From NCBI GenBank assembly GCA_043228905.1, contig JBHGNT010000006.1, positions 16,988,001 to 17,052,000 on the forward strand: a stretch of DNA of 64,000 nt. Direction: 5' to 3'. Below, piece after piece: positions 12,270-25,941 of the stretch. The stretch comes from Azolla caroliniana. Its lineage: Eukaryota; Plantae; Polypodiophyta. The position numbers and the translations under genes are program-made. The notes under the pieces are model-generated. The model saw only the letters and a list, made by a program, of their open reading frames with translations, searched no databases and was not told where the DNA came from. Each line of letters starts with the position of its first letter. The first letter of the stretch is position 1.

Positions 12270-15200
12270 CATCTCTAAGGAAGTGATACTTCACCTCTAT
12301 GTGCTTCATCTTTGCATTAAAGACGGGATTCCGAGCTAGCATGATAGCACTCTGGCTGTCACAATGAAGAATATGTAACTCTGTAATGCCAAGATCTCTC
12401 ACTAGATATGAAAGCCATAAAGCCTCTTTGCATGCCTCAGTGGCAGCAACATACTCTGCCTCTGTAGTAGACAATGCAACACACTTTTGTAGTCTAGAGA
12501 TCCAAGAGACCACTCCTCCTGTGAAAGTAAACACATACCTAGAAGTAGACTTCCTGCAATTTGCATGACCAGCATAGTTCGCATCCGTAAAACCAACGAC
12601 ACGTGCCTTTTGCTTTCCAAAGCAAATGCACAAGTCCTTTGTGCCTTTGAGGTATCTCATAATACCTTTCACCGCTTCCCAATGCTTTTTGCTAGGATTT
12701 GCCATGTACCTACTAACCACTCCCACTGCAAAGGCAATATCAGGGTGTGTAGCAACCATCGCATATATCAAACTGCGAACGGTTGAAGCATATGGAACCT
12801 TAGCCATTTTAGCCTTCTCATCATCAAATGTAGGGTTGTCTTCTACACTGAGTTTCAAATATGGAGGTAATGGAACCCCAATTGTTTTCCCCCCTTCCAT
12901 ATTGAAACGCCGCAAAACCTTACAGATATACTTCTGCTAAAATCCTTTCGACCGGTTTTGGAGTATTCACATGCCAAGGATGTGATTTGCTTCAATGAAT
13001 CCAAGGCATGAATATCCTTGCCAACAATCAACATATCATCAACATACAAAACCAAGATAATCATGCCGCTATCTCCTACTTTCTTGGTGTACCAGTAGTC
13101 GTCCACTTGACTTCTACGAAAACCTTGAGACTGCATAAATGCATCAAATTTATGATACCATTCTCTTGGTGCTTGTTTCAACCCATACAAACTCCTTTTG
13201 AGCTTACAAACCATCTTCACTTTGCCTTTAGCCACAAAACCTTCAGGTTGCTGCATATATATGTCTTCATGCAGATCGCCATGTAAAAAGGCAGTCTTCA
13301 CATCCATGAGCTCCATATCTTCAGCTGCAACTAAGCCCAAAATGATTCTTAATGTAGTCATCTTGGCTACAAACGAGAAGATCTCATCAAAATCAACTGC
13401 ATATTCCTGCTTGTATCCTTTTGCAACCAATCTTGCTTTGTACTTTGGCGAGGAATCAGAAATGACCTTCATTTTATAAACCCATTTGCATAGAAGTGTT
13501 TTTTGCCGTTTAGGCAACTGCACCAAATCCCAAGTGTCATTTTTCTCAAGAGATTCCATCTCTGACAACATTGTCCTGTTTGTCCATTGCTTCCTTGAAG
13601 CAAGTTGGTTCGCCACAATCAGTTACCATGACATAATCAGCCACATTGTTTCCATCAGGAACAAATCTGGCAAGTTGCCTAGTAACTCTAGACGATCTCC
13701 TAACCCAATGCTCATTGTGTGGTAGCTGTTGAGCCTACAAATCATCATTTTAAACTTGTTGTCCAAGCATTTTAGCCTGCAAATCAGCAATAACAACTTG
13801 TTGTTCTAGCCGTTCCTACACATTTGGTGGCTCATCATTATTAGCAAAGGTTGGCTGATCATTTCCAACCTCATTTTCTGCATTTGTAGGTAAGTTTACG
13901 GTAGGTGTTTGTTGTTGTACTACGGGCACATTTTTCTGTCTAAAAGGTATTTCTTCTCGGAATACAACCCTTCGTACTTCCTCGGTCTTTTTGGGTTGTT
14001 TATGCATGCAATTTTTCCGGAAGATAACATCATTGTTGCACACTATTTTTCTTTTCTCGGGATCCCACAATCTATACCCCATTTCACCTTTGTCACCGTA
14101 TCCTAGGAAAATACATTTGAAGGACTTTGGCTCAAGTTTGTTGCGTTCTTCTTTATGAAGGTGCACAAAAGCCTAACAACCAAACACTCTCAAGTGAGCA
14201 TATGAAGGTGGCTTGCTTGACCACACTTCTTGGGGTATTCCCCCTCCCAAAGACCTATTAGGTGACCGATTAATCAAGTGAACAGTTGTCATAACAGCCG
14301 CTGCCCAAAAACCATGGGGTAACGCAACATGAGACAACATAGTACGGACCTTATCTTGAAAAGTCTTATTCATACGCTTTGCAAATCCATTTTGGGGTGG
14401 ATTATCAGGGGCATTCAGTTCCCTCTTTATCCCTTTGCTGTCACAAAATGCTTGAAAAGCCTTGGACACATATTCCCCACTATTGTCAGAGCAAAGACAC
14501 TTAAGTGTCTTATCAATTTGATTCTCAACTAATGCCAAAAATGTTCGAAACTTGTCGAGCACTTCATCCTTGTTATGAATAGGGTAAACCCATACATGTC
14601 GTGTAGCATCATCGACAAAAGTGACTAAGTATTTCTTTCCCCCTAATGATAGCCTTGGCATGTGACATACATCTTAATGTACTAACTCAAGAGGGGACGA
14701 CTTCAGCGAAAAAGACTTTTAATGAGATGTTTGTACATGTTTACCATAAATGCAATGATCACAATGTGCAAAATCAGCATAACGAAGACATGGCAAGTAA
14801 CTCAAACGAAACAATGCTTTCATACAAGTTTCACTCATGTGTCCCAACCGGCCATGCCACAAAGAAACACTAGGCTACTCGGTTATGGCAACAACATGGT
14901 CACTCACACTAGATACATGGAGCGGATACAAAGTATCACTTTTACTACCGTTGGCAATAACTCTAGATCCCTTACAAATCTTCCATTTCCCATCACAAAA
15001 GGTTGTCTAAAATCCATCATCATCTAGCTGTCCTGTGCTAATCAAGCTCTTCTTGAGCTGAGGTACATGCCGTACATGCCGAAGTGTGAAAGCAGAACCA
15101 TGTTGAAACTGTAATTGCACAGTGCCAATACCTGCAATTTCGCATGCATAGTTGTCCCCAAGATGGACAACACCATGTTGACCCCTTGTGTAATCTGAAA

Positions 15201-16655
15201 ACCACTCACGATGAGGGGTGGCGTGAAAAGAAGCACGGGAATCGAGTATCCAAGTGTGCATGTCACCATCCGTATCTGCAAGTAAAGCATGTTCTCTATG
15301 GTATGATGAAACAAAGAGTACATCATTTCCACTATCACTATCATGAGTGACTACATTCACCTCTTCAATTTTAGTATTACCTTTCCTCGGTTGAATGTCT
15401 CTCTTTTCTTCTATGAAATCATCTATCTTCTTGCCCTTTGCTTTCTCTTTCTTCCATTTGAAACAATCACGTTTAAAGTGACCCTTTTTGCCACAGTGAT
15501 GGCATTCTACATCTTTACCATGTGATTTACTACGGCCATAACTATCACATTTGCCTCTTTTTGGTGACCTACCCCTCATATGCAACGCACTAGAGGACTT
15601 ATTTGATGCATTGTTTTTCCAACTCATCTCTTCCATGAGTAGAGAACTCTTTGCATCGACATCAAGAAGCATCACATTTGAATTGCTCATAGCAGTCCTG
15701 AAAGTATCCCAACTTTCTGGCGAAGTGCAAAATAAAAATGTGTCCTTAAACTCATAATCAATAATGAATTTCAAGGCAACCAGCTGGCCTAAAATGGAAT
15801 TGAACCCACTCAGGTGAGTTGACATGGGTGTGCCCTTTGTCATGCGTAAATCCATGAGTTTCTTAAGCCAGTAAACTTTGCTAGATGTCGTCTTTTGGGC
15901 ATACATTTGCTCTAGTCTAGTCCATATAGAATAAGCACAGTCCAAACCTTCAATATTAAACAGCAAGGCATCAAAAACCGACAACTCAATAGTCGAGCGT
16001 GCAAGATCATTCAACTCTTTAGTCGAGCGTGCAAGATCATTCAACTCAATAGTCGAGCGTGCAATCATCTTGGTCCATATCTGTAGGCTTTACCTCTTTG
16101 ACTTTTATAGGCTTTGCATGCTTCTTTTGCAACAAGATGTTGTAGCATTGCTTTCTCCATACCACAAAGTTATGTGCACCCTCAAGCTTCTTGATGTGCA
16201 TAAGGTGGCTACCATCACTTTTGCTAGTCATGATTTCTTAGCCCAATTGGTGGACCAAACATGTACTATAGAAAACGTGACCTGCTTTGCAGAAAACCCT
16301 AAATTCTGCTCTATAGAAAACCCTAAACCCTGCTCTACAGAAAACCGTAAACTCTGCTCTGCAAAAATAACCTAAACCCTACTTTACAAAAAGCCCTAAA
16401 CTCTACTCTACAGAAAACCCTAAACCCAACTCTGATACCAGTTTGAAGGCAACACGAGGATTAGGGTTTAGGTCAAAAAACAGTCAAGGAGAGAGTCTGA
16501 GTGAGAGAAAGGGAGAGAGAGAGATGCACGTTGTCTTGGGTACAAAGAGTGTACCTCTTTTGTTTTTAGATATTATGTATATATTCAAAAGTGGGCTACG
16601 AGTGTGTTCACACTCATGCACTAATAAAAGGCATGATGGCCCTTTATTCCCAACA
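12270..16655 (-). mobile_element. Degenerate copia M (Tork-like), inserted in the RT of D; 3' LTR lost
   Basis: 5' LTR 16444-16655; PBS rc 16430-16440; gag-PR 16231-15007, IN 14661-13816, RT/RH 13616-12270 (YVDDML, STTEAEY, KHIEVKYHFLRD). Confidence 0.88.
16291..16427 (+). repeat. About 6 x 24-bp tandem repeat with telo-box-like AAACCCTAAA in the M leader
   Basis: Units such as GAAAACCCTAAACCCTGCTCTACA. Confidence 0.85.
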
Positions 16656-17374
16656 AGTTGTTCTCAGAAAATGTGATTCATTTCTTGTTGAAATGTGGCT
16701 GGAGCATTGGTCAAACCAAAAACTCATAATGGCAATAACGCGTACGAAATGCCGTTTTAGGAACATCATCCTCACTTATACGAATTTGATGGTATCCCGT
16801 ACGGAGATCAAGTTTTGAAAAATACTGAGCTCCCTAGAGACGGTCAATTAGATTGTCAGCCCGGGGCAATGGATATGAATTCTTGATCGTCACTTTATTC
16901 AGGCATTGGTAATTAATACACATACGCCATGTGCCCTCTTTCTTTTTTACCAAGAGAACATATGCACCCCATGGAGATTTACTATAACGTATATAACCCA
17001 TTCGTATATAGTCCTTCAGTTGCTTAGATACCTCATCCAATTCGGATCGACTTAACCGATAAGGAGGTATACTTATTGGTGCAAAGCAAGGAACAATATT
17101 GTTGGGAACTCGACGTTCCTTATGTCCGACGCTCGGCCACAACCGAGATTCTTTTCATACACAGAAAAACAGGTAATGAAACGCGACACAAAGGGGAGAA
17201 ATGGTACACAGGAGGTTTACGTGGAAAACCCCAAAATAAGGGAAAAACCACGGCAGCCCACAGGCTGCAAACTGTCACTATGTAGGAATATACAACAGTG
17301 AGATCACTGAGGCAACGACCTCGTGCTCTCAGATCTTCGCCATAGGCGGCGGTTACAACAGAGGCAACGACCTC

Positions 17375-17415
<41 letters not shown>

Positions 17416-19400
17416 CAGTTGCGCGCTCACACTTCTTCTTACACCAACAAGGAAGAATAACAACAATAAAAAAAAACGACAACAACACTAAAAGTTTGCC
17501 CTAAGTCATATTTATACTAATATGACTTTTCGGCTATTTACAAATGTAGCCTCCATGGGCTCTCAGAAACATATTTACAAATATGTCTCTTCCTCCGGTT
17601 CATACCGGGCCTGCACCATCCGGTTCATACCGGGTCTACACCATCCGGCTCTCCGCAGTCGGGTACTCCCCATCCGGTTCATACCGTTTCGGCCTCGGCC
17701 AAGTTTGTTCGTCGGCACTGTTCTTCTCCCTTCCCATCCGGAGAGACCTGTCTCCCAACAAATATCTATACAACGGTCTATATTACGTTTAGGAGGTAAC
17801 CCATGTGGTAGTTCACTCATAAAAACATCACGAAAAGCATTTAAGATTTCATCGAGTTGTTCTTGTTCAAAATATGATAATTGAACCGAGACATTATCGA
17901 TATTGTACACGAGAATGTTTGGATCAAGTACACAATAAAATAGAGTAGAACAAGACAACTCGGATATTCATGGAGAGGAAACAATCGAAAGAGATTGTTT
18001 TTTAACACGTTGAATAAAATGAGTACAATCGTTCAATACAAAAGTAATTGAATGATGAACTCAATCAATAGATAAAGAAGATTTTATATTAAAAAACCAG
18101 GGATAACCCAGTATTACATCAGTGGTACAAAGATTCATTACATGGAAGTCTACTTCTTCCATATAAGTACCAATAGAAATTCCTAATGAATGAATCGCCC
18201 CATTGATGTATTGTACTCTTCCATCATCCAAGTGCACCTTATAGGTGTGATCATTTACGGTGGGTTGGATTCCCCATATCTGAACCAAACGATCATTCAC
18301 AAAATTGTGTGAGCTTCCAGAATCAAATAAAAATAGTATGGGAGATCCATTGATATACCCATTTGCACGTAGTAAATCATTGGGTTCCAATACATAGTGA
18401 CGAAAAGAACATTGACAATTACTTAAATGATGTGTATAGACCTCAAGGACATTAGGAATCTAACCTTTATGGTCTGCAACTTTTGCTTTGTTGTCGTGCT
18501 CTTTCCGTTGGAGCTTTCAACATTATTTTGTTGTTTGACCCTACTTTATGCAGAATACGCCTAAAAGATGTTGTTGCTTAAAATCGTGATCCATGAATTC
18601 GTTGGGTGTCTTGCGTTTCCTAGAGAATTGCGACTATTTAGTCCTGGGCACTTCGTTGGGTTTGTTATGGTCCTTCTTCGAATAACTATTTCAATGGCCT
18701 CTTTCAAAGATTTTGGATCCTTATCGTGCACTATCCAGTGATAGTCCAAATTGGGGATGCCATTGACAAAACAAGTTATTAACCAATTGTCCCCTTCTAG
18801 AACCGATTTTTGGATTTGGGTTCTAGCATGGTGGACATAGTCTTCTAGCGAGGAAAACTTCCTACTAGAGAGGTTCATTAAAGGTTGTGCTGCCTCGGTT
18901 CGAGAGGGAGGTTGCAGAAATTGGCCCTTAAAAACTGTGACAAAATCTGTCCAGGTATCACGCAATTTCCCCAAAGTTTGGAGCCCATGTCACTAGGCAG
19001 CGGACTTACCCCCTAGTTCTTGGCCGACATATGCAATATTCGTACTATCTGGCATGGGATAGAGCTCAAAATGAGACTCCCATTGGCCTAGCCACGTGCA
19101 GATTGCGTCTTCGGTTCTTTCCTTTTTTTCTCCTGTAAATGGCTTTAGGAAAAATGATGGTTCACCCTAATGCTCATCGGGTCTATTATTCTCACATTGT
19201 AAACTAATGACACGTGCCTCAAGAGCACTTTGACCTTTCCGAAGTTCGGACATCTGATGCATGATTGAACTAACGAAATGTTGTATATGTAAAAAATAGG
19301 ACTCAATGGACATTGGTCCAAGAGGATTTCCTTGAGTTCCTTCCGCTTGAGCGGATGACATCGGGTCGTTATTGTGAGCCATTGAATGATTATTTTTGGC
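16656..19400 (-). pseudogene. D gag, protease and RT N-terminus, split by solo LTR N
   Basis: LFLFDSGSSHNF protease; [27 protein letters not shown]; gag similar to 42307-42759. Confidence 0.88.
17100..17760 (-). mobile_element. Solo LTR N (copia, same family as F, related to G)
   Basis: TG...CA ends; perfect TSD AATAT (17095-17099, 17761-17765); reverse complement similar to 23029-23671. Confidence 0.92.
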
Positions 19401-22400
19401 AAAGAAATAGGATAAGGTCAGACAAATAGTCATAACATCAAGTCGTGATGTAAACATATCATGTGCCAACATTAATTGATATCATGATCTCATGTCAATA
19501 CCCCTCTAGACGTATGAGATGAGGTTCAAATTCAGGTTACTATGGTAACACAAAGGTGTTTTCAAATTCAAGAGTCCTTATTTCCCTCTCGTTTACCACA
19601 AACTATGTTGGTACGTTACCTAACCTCAAGTCTCATACGCCAAAGTGCAACCTAATGGTCAAGCCAAATGAGCCCTCTTTTCATAGTAGGCGCACGTGGC
19701 CCATCACATGGTTACATCATTACAAATGCCTTTTGTAAGAATGATCTCATGGTGGCATCGTATCCATGTAATGAGGGAGGGATGTTGGATATGTGTGTCA
19801 TAGGAGCGACCTCACATGAAGTGGGTCAAGCCCTACGTTCTCAACATCATTGTGGCTGTGAGCATTTCGTTACGTAATGAAATCAAAGGGACCAACGGGG
19901 ATGTCAACAAAAAAAATTGTTGCAAAAAAAGATGGTGACTATGCCATTCTCACAAAAATGTGAGGACGGCCACCAAGATCCGTTCCCGAAAAGGACAACA
20001 TTTGATATATAAATCACGTAATAACTAATATACACATATGTATATTTATCACACATATACGATCAAATAGGTATACACGTGACCACATATGCGTATATTA
20101 AGAAAAATCGTAACATCAAATAGCCAACATATGATGAAACGAGACACATAATCCATAATCGAGGAATATCGTCTCTACGCACACGAAACATCCAAAAATA
20201 AGGGTTAGTCGTAATACGCAATTGAGGTATTGACCTCTTACGCATACGACACCAAACACATATCATTTACATAAAAATCGATCTATTGACCTTATACGCA
20301 TACATAACATATGTATGTGAACGTAATACGCAATTGAGGTATTAACCTCGTACGCATATGACACGAATCGCATATCAAATATATGTCAAATGAGGTATTG
20401 ACCTCATACACATATGTAAACATTCTATACAACCAATTAATTAACACTACAACATCATTGAATCGATGAAAGAAAACACATATTGACTATACATGATTAG
20501 ATTGGGAGAAGAAAGAATAGAAAAAAAGCAAGAAAGAGTTCCGGAAGTTCCTTTGTTCATAGCTATTAGGATCAAGGTTGACCGCACGTCAATCGATCAC
20601 TATCCATGAAGAAGACAATAAAAACCAACAAAAGAAACATTAGAAACATAAGCTCTAATACCAATTGTTAGAGCAATGATCTAACGTAAGCATATGATAA
20701 GGATAAAAGATGTAAGAAATAAGAAAGGTGAGAGAGAAAGAAGGGTGCCGATCCACCCGACCACCCCCGAGCAAAGGGATCGAGACGGACTCGAGCCTCA
20801 ATCGGCATCCCATACCACCACCATGGTGTAGAGTCGTACCTGGTGCTAGCGCACTCGCTACAAGAGTTGACCCACCATGAAACAAAGTCTCGACGTAGTC
20901 AAGAGATGATGAATTGAGGGTAACTAGACCTCATATTTATAGTGATACCCGAGGCCCCCAAGAAAGTTCACAGTTGGCCTAATGAGTTATCTCAATCCCG
21001 AGGATTAAAAGTAATCCTCCTCTTCTTTACACTCTCATTTAACCCTCACACTTATCCACGTGTATAGAATAGTACGGTAAATTCTCACCACGGGATATTA
21101 TATGGTCGTGCCCCTAACAAGGACCACTCAATCAAGCAGTTGGATGATGTACACAGAGGTGGATCGGCCCGTGTGGGCATGGAGTACATGGTGGATCGGC
21201 ACGCAATAGCGGCAAGAGCAGAAGTCGGAGTGCACAGGACGACTGAAAAGATGAGGTCTCACACTCCGTGATCCTCGGGCAACCCTTTATCACGGCATCA
21301 CGGATAAACATTGTCAACTCCAATGCTTCCACACTTGTCCGACTCTTACCTGACCAGCTAAGATATATGCCATGGGTCGTAAAGCCGACACTAACATAGA
21401 AGTGTGGCACAAATGAATTGGCCTTAACAATCTCCAGAAGCTCAAAGGAGATTACGGGCATATGCGAAACATGCAAGTTCGGCAAACAACATCGTCAACC
21501 GTTCCCGAAAGAGAGGAATATGAGCAAAGGGATCCTGGATTTAGTACATTAAGATGTATGGGAACCAGCCCAAACGGCAACATTCGGTGTTTGCCAATAC
21601 TATGTGACATTCATCGACGACTTCTCCAGGCACATTTGGATCTACCCTATACAACAGAAGAGCGAAGTGTTCAGACACTTCCAAAAATTCAAAAACGAAG
21701 TCGAAAAGGCAACTGGTCGGCATGTCCAATGCCTTTGATCAAACAACCGCAAGGAGTATTTCTCCGATGCCTTGATAACATACCATCGACAAAGAAGGAA
21801 TTCGGCGGGAGTTTACCTACAGAACACACCTCATCAGAATGGACTAGTTGAACGAATGAACCGGCATATACTTGAAGTGGCAAGGGCAATCATGAATGAG
21901 AAACATCTGCCGAAATCATACTGGGTTGAAGCAACTAACACGGCTGTCTATCTAATGAATCATTGCACAACATCCGGAGTGCACGATATTACCCCCCCAT
22001 GAGAACTTCTATGGAAAGAAGCTGAACTTATCCCACGTCAAGATATTCGTCTTCATGCATATTCCTAACGAGAAGCGGTAGAAGCTCAATCCTAAATTGG
22101 AGAAATGTATCCTCATGGGATACTCACTCAAACAAAAGGGGTATAAGTGCTTCAACTCCTCCATCAAGAAGGTACGAGTGAGTAGGGATGTCGTATTAGG
22201 ATGATCAATTAAGGCTCACAACATAGGGAAGTCTAATCTCAACCAGGTTGAGTGGACCACAACATCCTCCATGCAACCCCAGTATGTCGCGGCCAAGTCC
22301 GAAACCAGACAAAGGAAAGGACAAAATGCCTGAATATGAAGACTCGGATGGAAACGAATCGGATCACTCACCCTACAACAAGTATGGTGGATTAGATGTT

Positions 22401-22586
22401 CCTATCATGAGGTCACCAGGAGCCTAGAAAGTGTTCACAAAGACAAGTGAACAACCATGTCACTCCACTCGAGAAAAGAATGTAGTCAGCCAATCCGGCT
22501 ACAATGACTACATGGCATATCACTATGCCTTCATGATGAAGGTGGCGACAATTCGGGAGCTGAAAACTTTTTCTGAAGCCGTTCAG

Positions 22587-25500
22587 TGTTGGATAATGGG
22601 TTCCTCCGGATGGGAAGTGGAGCTTGAATTGAGGAAAGGGGGAGAACCAATTCCCATGGAGTTGACGTGTATTTCGGCCAAGGCCGAAATCGGCAACCAA
22701 AATTGAATATCGATTTAATAGCCATTTCAGGAGAGTATATTTGTAAATAGTCTAAATGTGCCCCATGTGGGCTATACCTATAAATAGCCAGAAAGTTGTT
22801 TAAGTATAAATACAACTACCCCGCAAACTTTAAGAAGATGATAATCATTATAGTTGAATAAGTTACAATGAGTAGTTGCCTTTGTAACTGTGAGTGAGTG
22901 AGAAAGTGAGTGAGAAGTAACTCTGTCATCGTTTGCTAGACGAAGATGAGCTCAAGGTTGTTGCCTCCAAGTATCCTTGTATTCCTCTCTCGATTATAGT
23001 GATTTTGTTTCTCTGGGTTTGTGGCCCCTGTTAGGAAACAGGTCCCTCCGGATGGGAAGTGAGAAGAACAGTACTGATGAGCAAACTCGGCTGAGGCCAA
23101 AACCGGATGTGGAGTACCCGGCAAGAACCGGATGGTGAAGACCCGGTGAGAACCGGATGACAAGTGCCCAGCAAGAGCCAGATGATGCAGGCCCTGTGAG
23201 AAGTGCTCACCGAATGAAGGGACATATTTGTAAATATGTTTCTGAGAGTCCATCGGGGTTATATTTGTAAATAGCCGAAAAGTCATATTAGTATAAATAT
23301 GACTTAGGGAAAACTTAGTGTGGTGGTTGTTGTCATTCTTGTTGGTGCAAGACTAGAGAGCGCATAACAGTGTATAGAGAGAGTGAGAGAGAGGAAGAGG
23401 TCGTTGCCTCTGTTGTAACCTCCGCCTGTGGCGAAGATCGTGAGCACAAGGTTGTTGCCTCCGTGAACTCACTGTTGTAATCATTGTGATATAGTGATAG
23501 TTTGGAGTCCGTGGACTCCCGTGGTTTTTCCCTCTCAGGGTTTTCCACGTTAAACATCCTGTGCACTCTTCTCTCACCTTTGTGTCGTGCGTTCATTACC
23601 CATTTTTTGTGTTTGATTTTAGACTTGGTTGTGGCCGAGCATTGTTCATCGGGAGCGTGTAGTTCCTGTCAGCCCCCATGGTTTTTCTCTTTCGGGTTTT
23701 CCACGTTAAATATCTTGTGTCTCGATACATTCTCGTTTTTCTATTTTTGTCTGTGTCATTGATGATTCTTTGCACCTGAATATTCGAGAGTGAAACCGGT
23801 TGTGGCCGGTCACGATCCTAACAAGTGGTATCGAGCTATGGAAGAGTCATTTGGCGGCATATTCAAACTTACCCGCTTCAACTATTCAGTGTGGAAGTCG
23901 AAGATGCAGGACATGTTGGTTTGCAAAGACTTGTGGCTGCCGATGCAATTCAGCAAAAGCAAGCCAGACAAGATCAATGCATCGACTTGGGAAGTCATGC
24001 ATCAGAAGGCGGCAACATATATAAGGTGTTTTATAGGCATGAGTCTATACAATAACTTTGATGAAGAGACGAGTGCAGACGTCCTCTAGAAGAAGATTAG
24101 TGTGACGTTCGAAAACAAGAACATCGTGAACGGAGTCTCAGTTTTCAGAAAAATCGTGAGACTCTGGTATCAAGACAACTCCAGCATGGTAGACCACATT
24201 AATGCCTTCCAAGGACTGATGAATCAAAGCACCTCTCTAGAAGTACCTCTTGTTGACAAGGTATTAGCATTATTGTTGCTGGGAACCCTTTCAGACAACT
24301 GGGAAATGCTGGTTGTCACATTGGGCAACGCAGAAACAGAAGGGAAACACTTATCCCTTAGAGCAGGTAAAATCAAGCTTATTGAATGAAGAACCTCGCC
24401 GGAAGGACAGAGTCCAATACCGACCTGAAGGCCCTTGTCATGAAAAGTGACATGAATCGAGGAAGAGGCCGAAATCGAAGTCCTCAGAATCGAGATAAGT
24501 ATGGGATGAGGTCAAAGTTGAGGGGAAGGTCCACATGCTTCTATCGTGGGAAGTCAGGGCACTCCCAAAAGAATTGTTGACATTTCCGAAAGAAAAAAGG
24601 GGGAGCGAACGATTTTGCAGCCAAAGAAGATTTCGGACAACAAGAACACCTCAGCAATCGCGACAAGTGAGGAGGAACTGCTGATGATTAGTGAGCAGAA
24701 CGAACTGAACCTTCTTGGAGAAGAATCGACATGGGTGGTTTATTCAAGTGTGTCGTTTCACCTAACCCTAGACCGGAAATGCTTCTCATCTTACAAAGTT
24801 GGAGATCTCAGATCTATAAAAATGGGAAATGAAGGAGCATGCCAAATTGTCGGCATGGGAGATATGTGTTTGGTAACCTCAACTGGATGTTCGACACATT
24901 CCAGAAGTCAAATTGAATCTGATATCAATCAGTTGGCTGGATGATGAAGGCTACACGGGTAACATCCAGAACGATGTCATGAAGTTCTGCACGGGGAGCC
25001 TGATCGTGGTTCGAGCCCGAAAATCCAACACACTATATATAATGAATGCTCGATTATGCCAAGGGGAAGCAAACGTGCTAGCCGACACAGCCGGTGAGGT
25101 GTGCCACAAGAAGCTATGCCATATGAGTCAGAAGGGAATGCGAAGACTTGCCAATAATAACCTCATTCCGAAGGCGAAGAACATGCAACTTGAGAAGTGC
25201 ATAGATTGCATAGATTGCTTGGCCGGCAAGCAAAATCGAACCTCCTTCCGATCGAGGCTCCCCATGAGCAAGAAATTGTCGTTGGAATTCGTGCATACAA
25301 ATGTATGCTACATGGATACAATGTCGCATGTTGGTTCACAGTATTTCATGACCTTCATAGACGACTGTAGCCAGAAGTTGTGGGCTTCCATGCTAAAGAA
25401 GAAGGATCTGGTGCTATCCGTCTTGAAAGAATTTCAACGAAGGGCCGAGAGGGAAACCGGCCGAAAGTTGAAGGAAGTCCAAGCGGACAATGACAGAAAG

Positions 25501-25930
25501 TACCACGGATCGTTCGAATAATATTGCCCACCGTAGGGAATCTAACTCGAGTATACCGCGCCGAAGTCGCAGAGCTTAACGGGTTGGGCGAGAGAATGAA
25601 CCAGACCAGAATGGAGAGCGTTCAAAGTATGCTTGCACATGCGAAGTTACCTAAGACGTTCTAGGTTGAGGCGTTGATGACAATAGTGTATGTGATAAAC
25701 CCATCACCATCAGTACCCTTGGATGGTGATATTCCACAAAGGGTGGAGCGGCCAAGATAGTTGTGGGTGTTCAGTTGTTTGCCTATGTGCATGTTGCAAA
25801 GGACCAGAGGGGGAAGCTGGACCCGAAATCTTGGCCATGTATATTTCTCTGTTACAATGACAATGAATTCGGCTATCGGCTATGGGGCTTAATCGAGAAG
25901 AAGGTGATTAGGAGCCGAGACATCATCTTC
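22587..25930 (+). mobile_element. Degenerate copia E (G-related): 5' LTR 22587-23823 split by F, then gag-PR-IN, truncated
   Basis: PBS TGGTATCGAGC 23826-23836; gag from ATG 23838; fragments collinear with the G polyprotein up to RSRDIIF. Confidence 0.87.
23029..23671 (+). mobile_element. Solo LTR F inside the LTR of E
   Basis: TGTTAGG...CCTGTCA; perfect TSD GCCCC (23024-23028, 23672-23676). Confidence 0.9.
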
Positions 25931-25941
25931 CCCAAGGGCTC

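Larger units (their letters stand above)
12038..21119 (-). mobile_element. Ty3/gypsy element D (related to chromovirus L), 3' half deleted
   Basis: 5' LTR 20666-21119; partial 3' LTR 12038-12269; perfect TSD AGGAC (12033-12037, 21120-21124); PBS rc GCTCTAATACCA 20652-20663. Confidence 0.9.
11355..22586 (+). mobile_element. Old copia C (B-related): last 9 nt of 5' LTR, PBS, gag (11462-12037), then gag/PR/IN remnants (21120-22586); split by D and ending at E
   Basis: PBS TGGTATTAGAGC 11364-11375; gag similar to B gag and continuous across TSD AGGAC; NTPHQNGLVERMNR; GYNDYMAYHYAF linker. Confidence 0.82.

Noticed and set aside
16291-16427. Telomere remnant or CRISPR-like array
   Set aside because: The units are contiguous tandem copies without unique spacers, lie inside a retrotransposon leader, and there are no cas genes.
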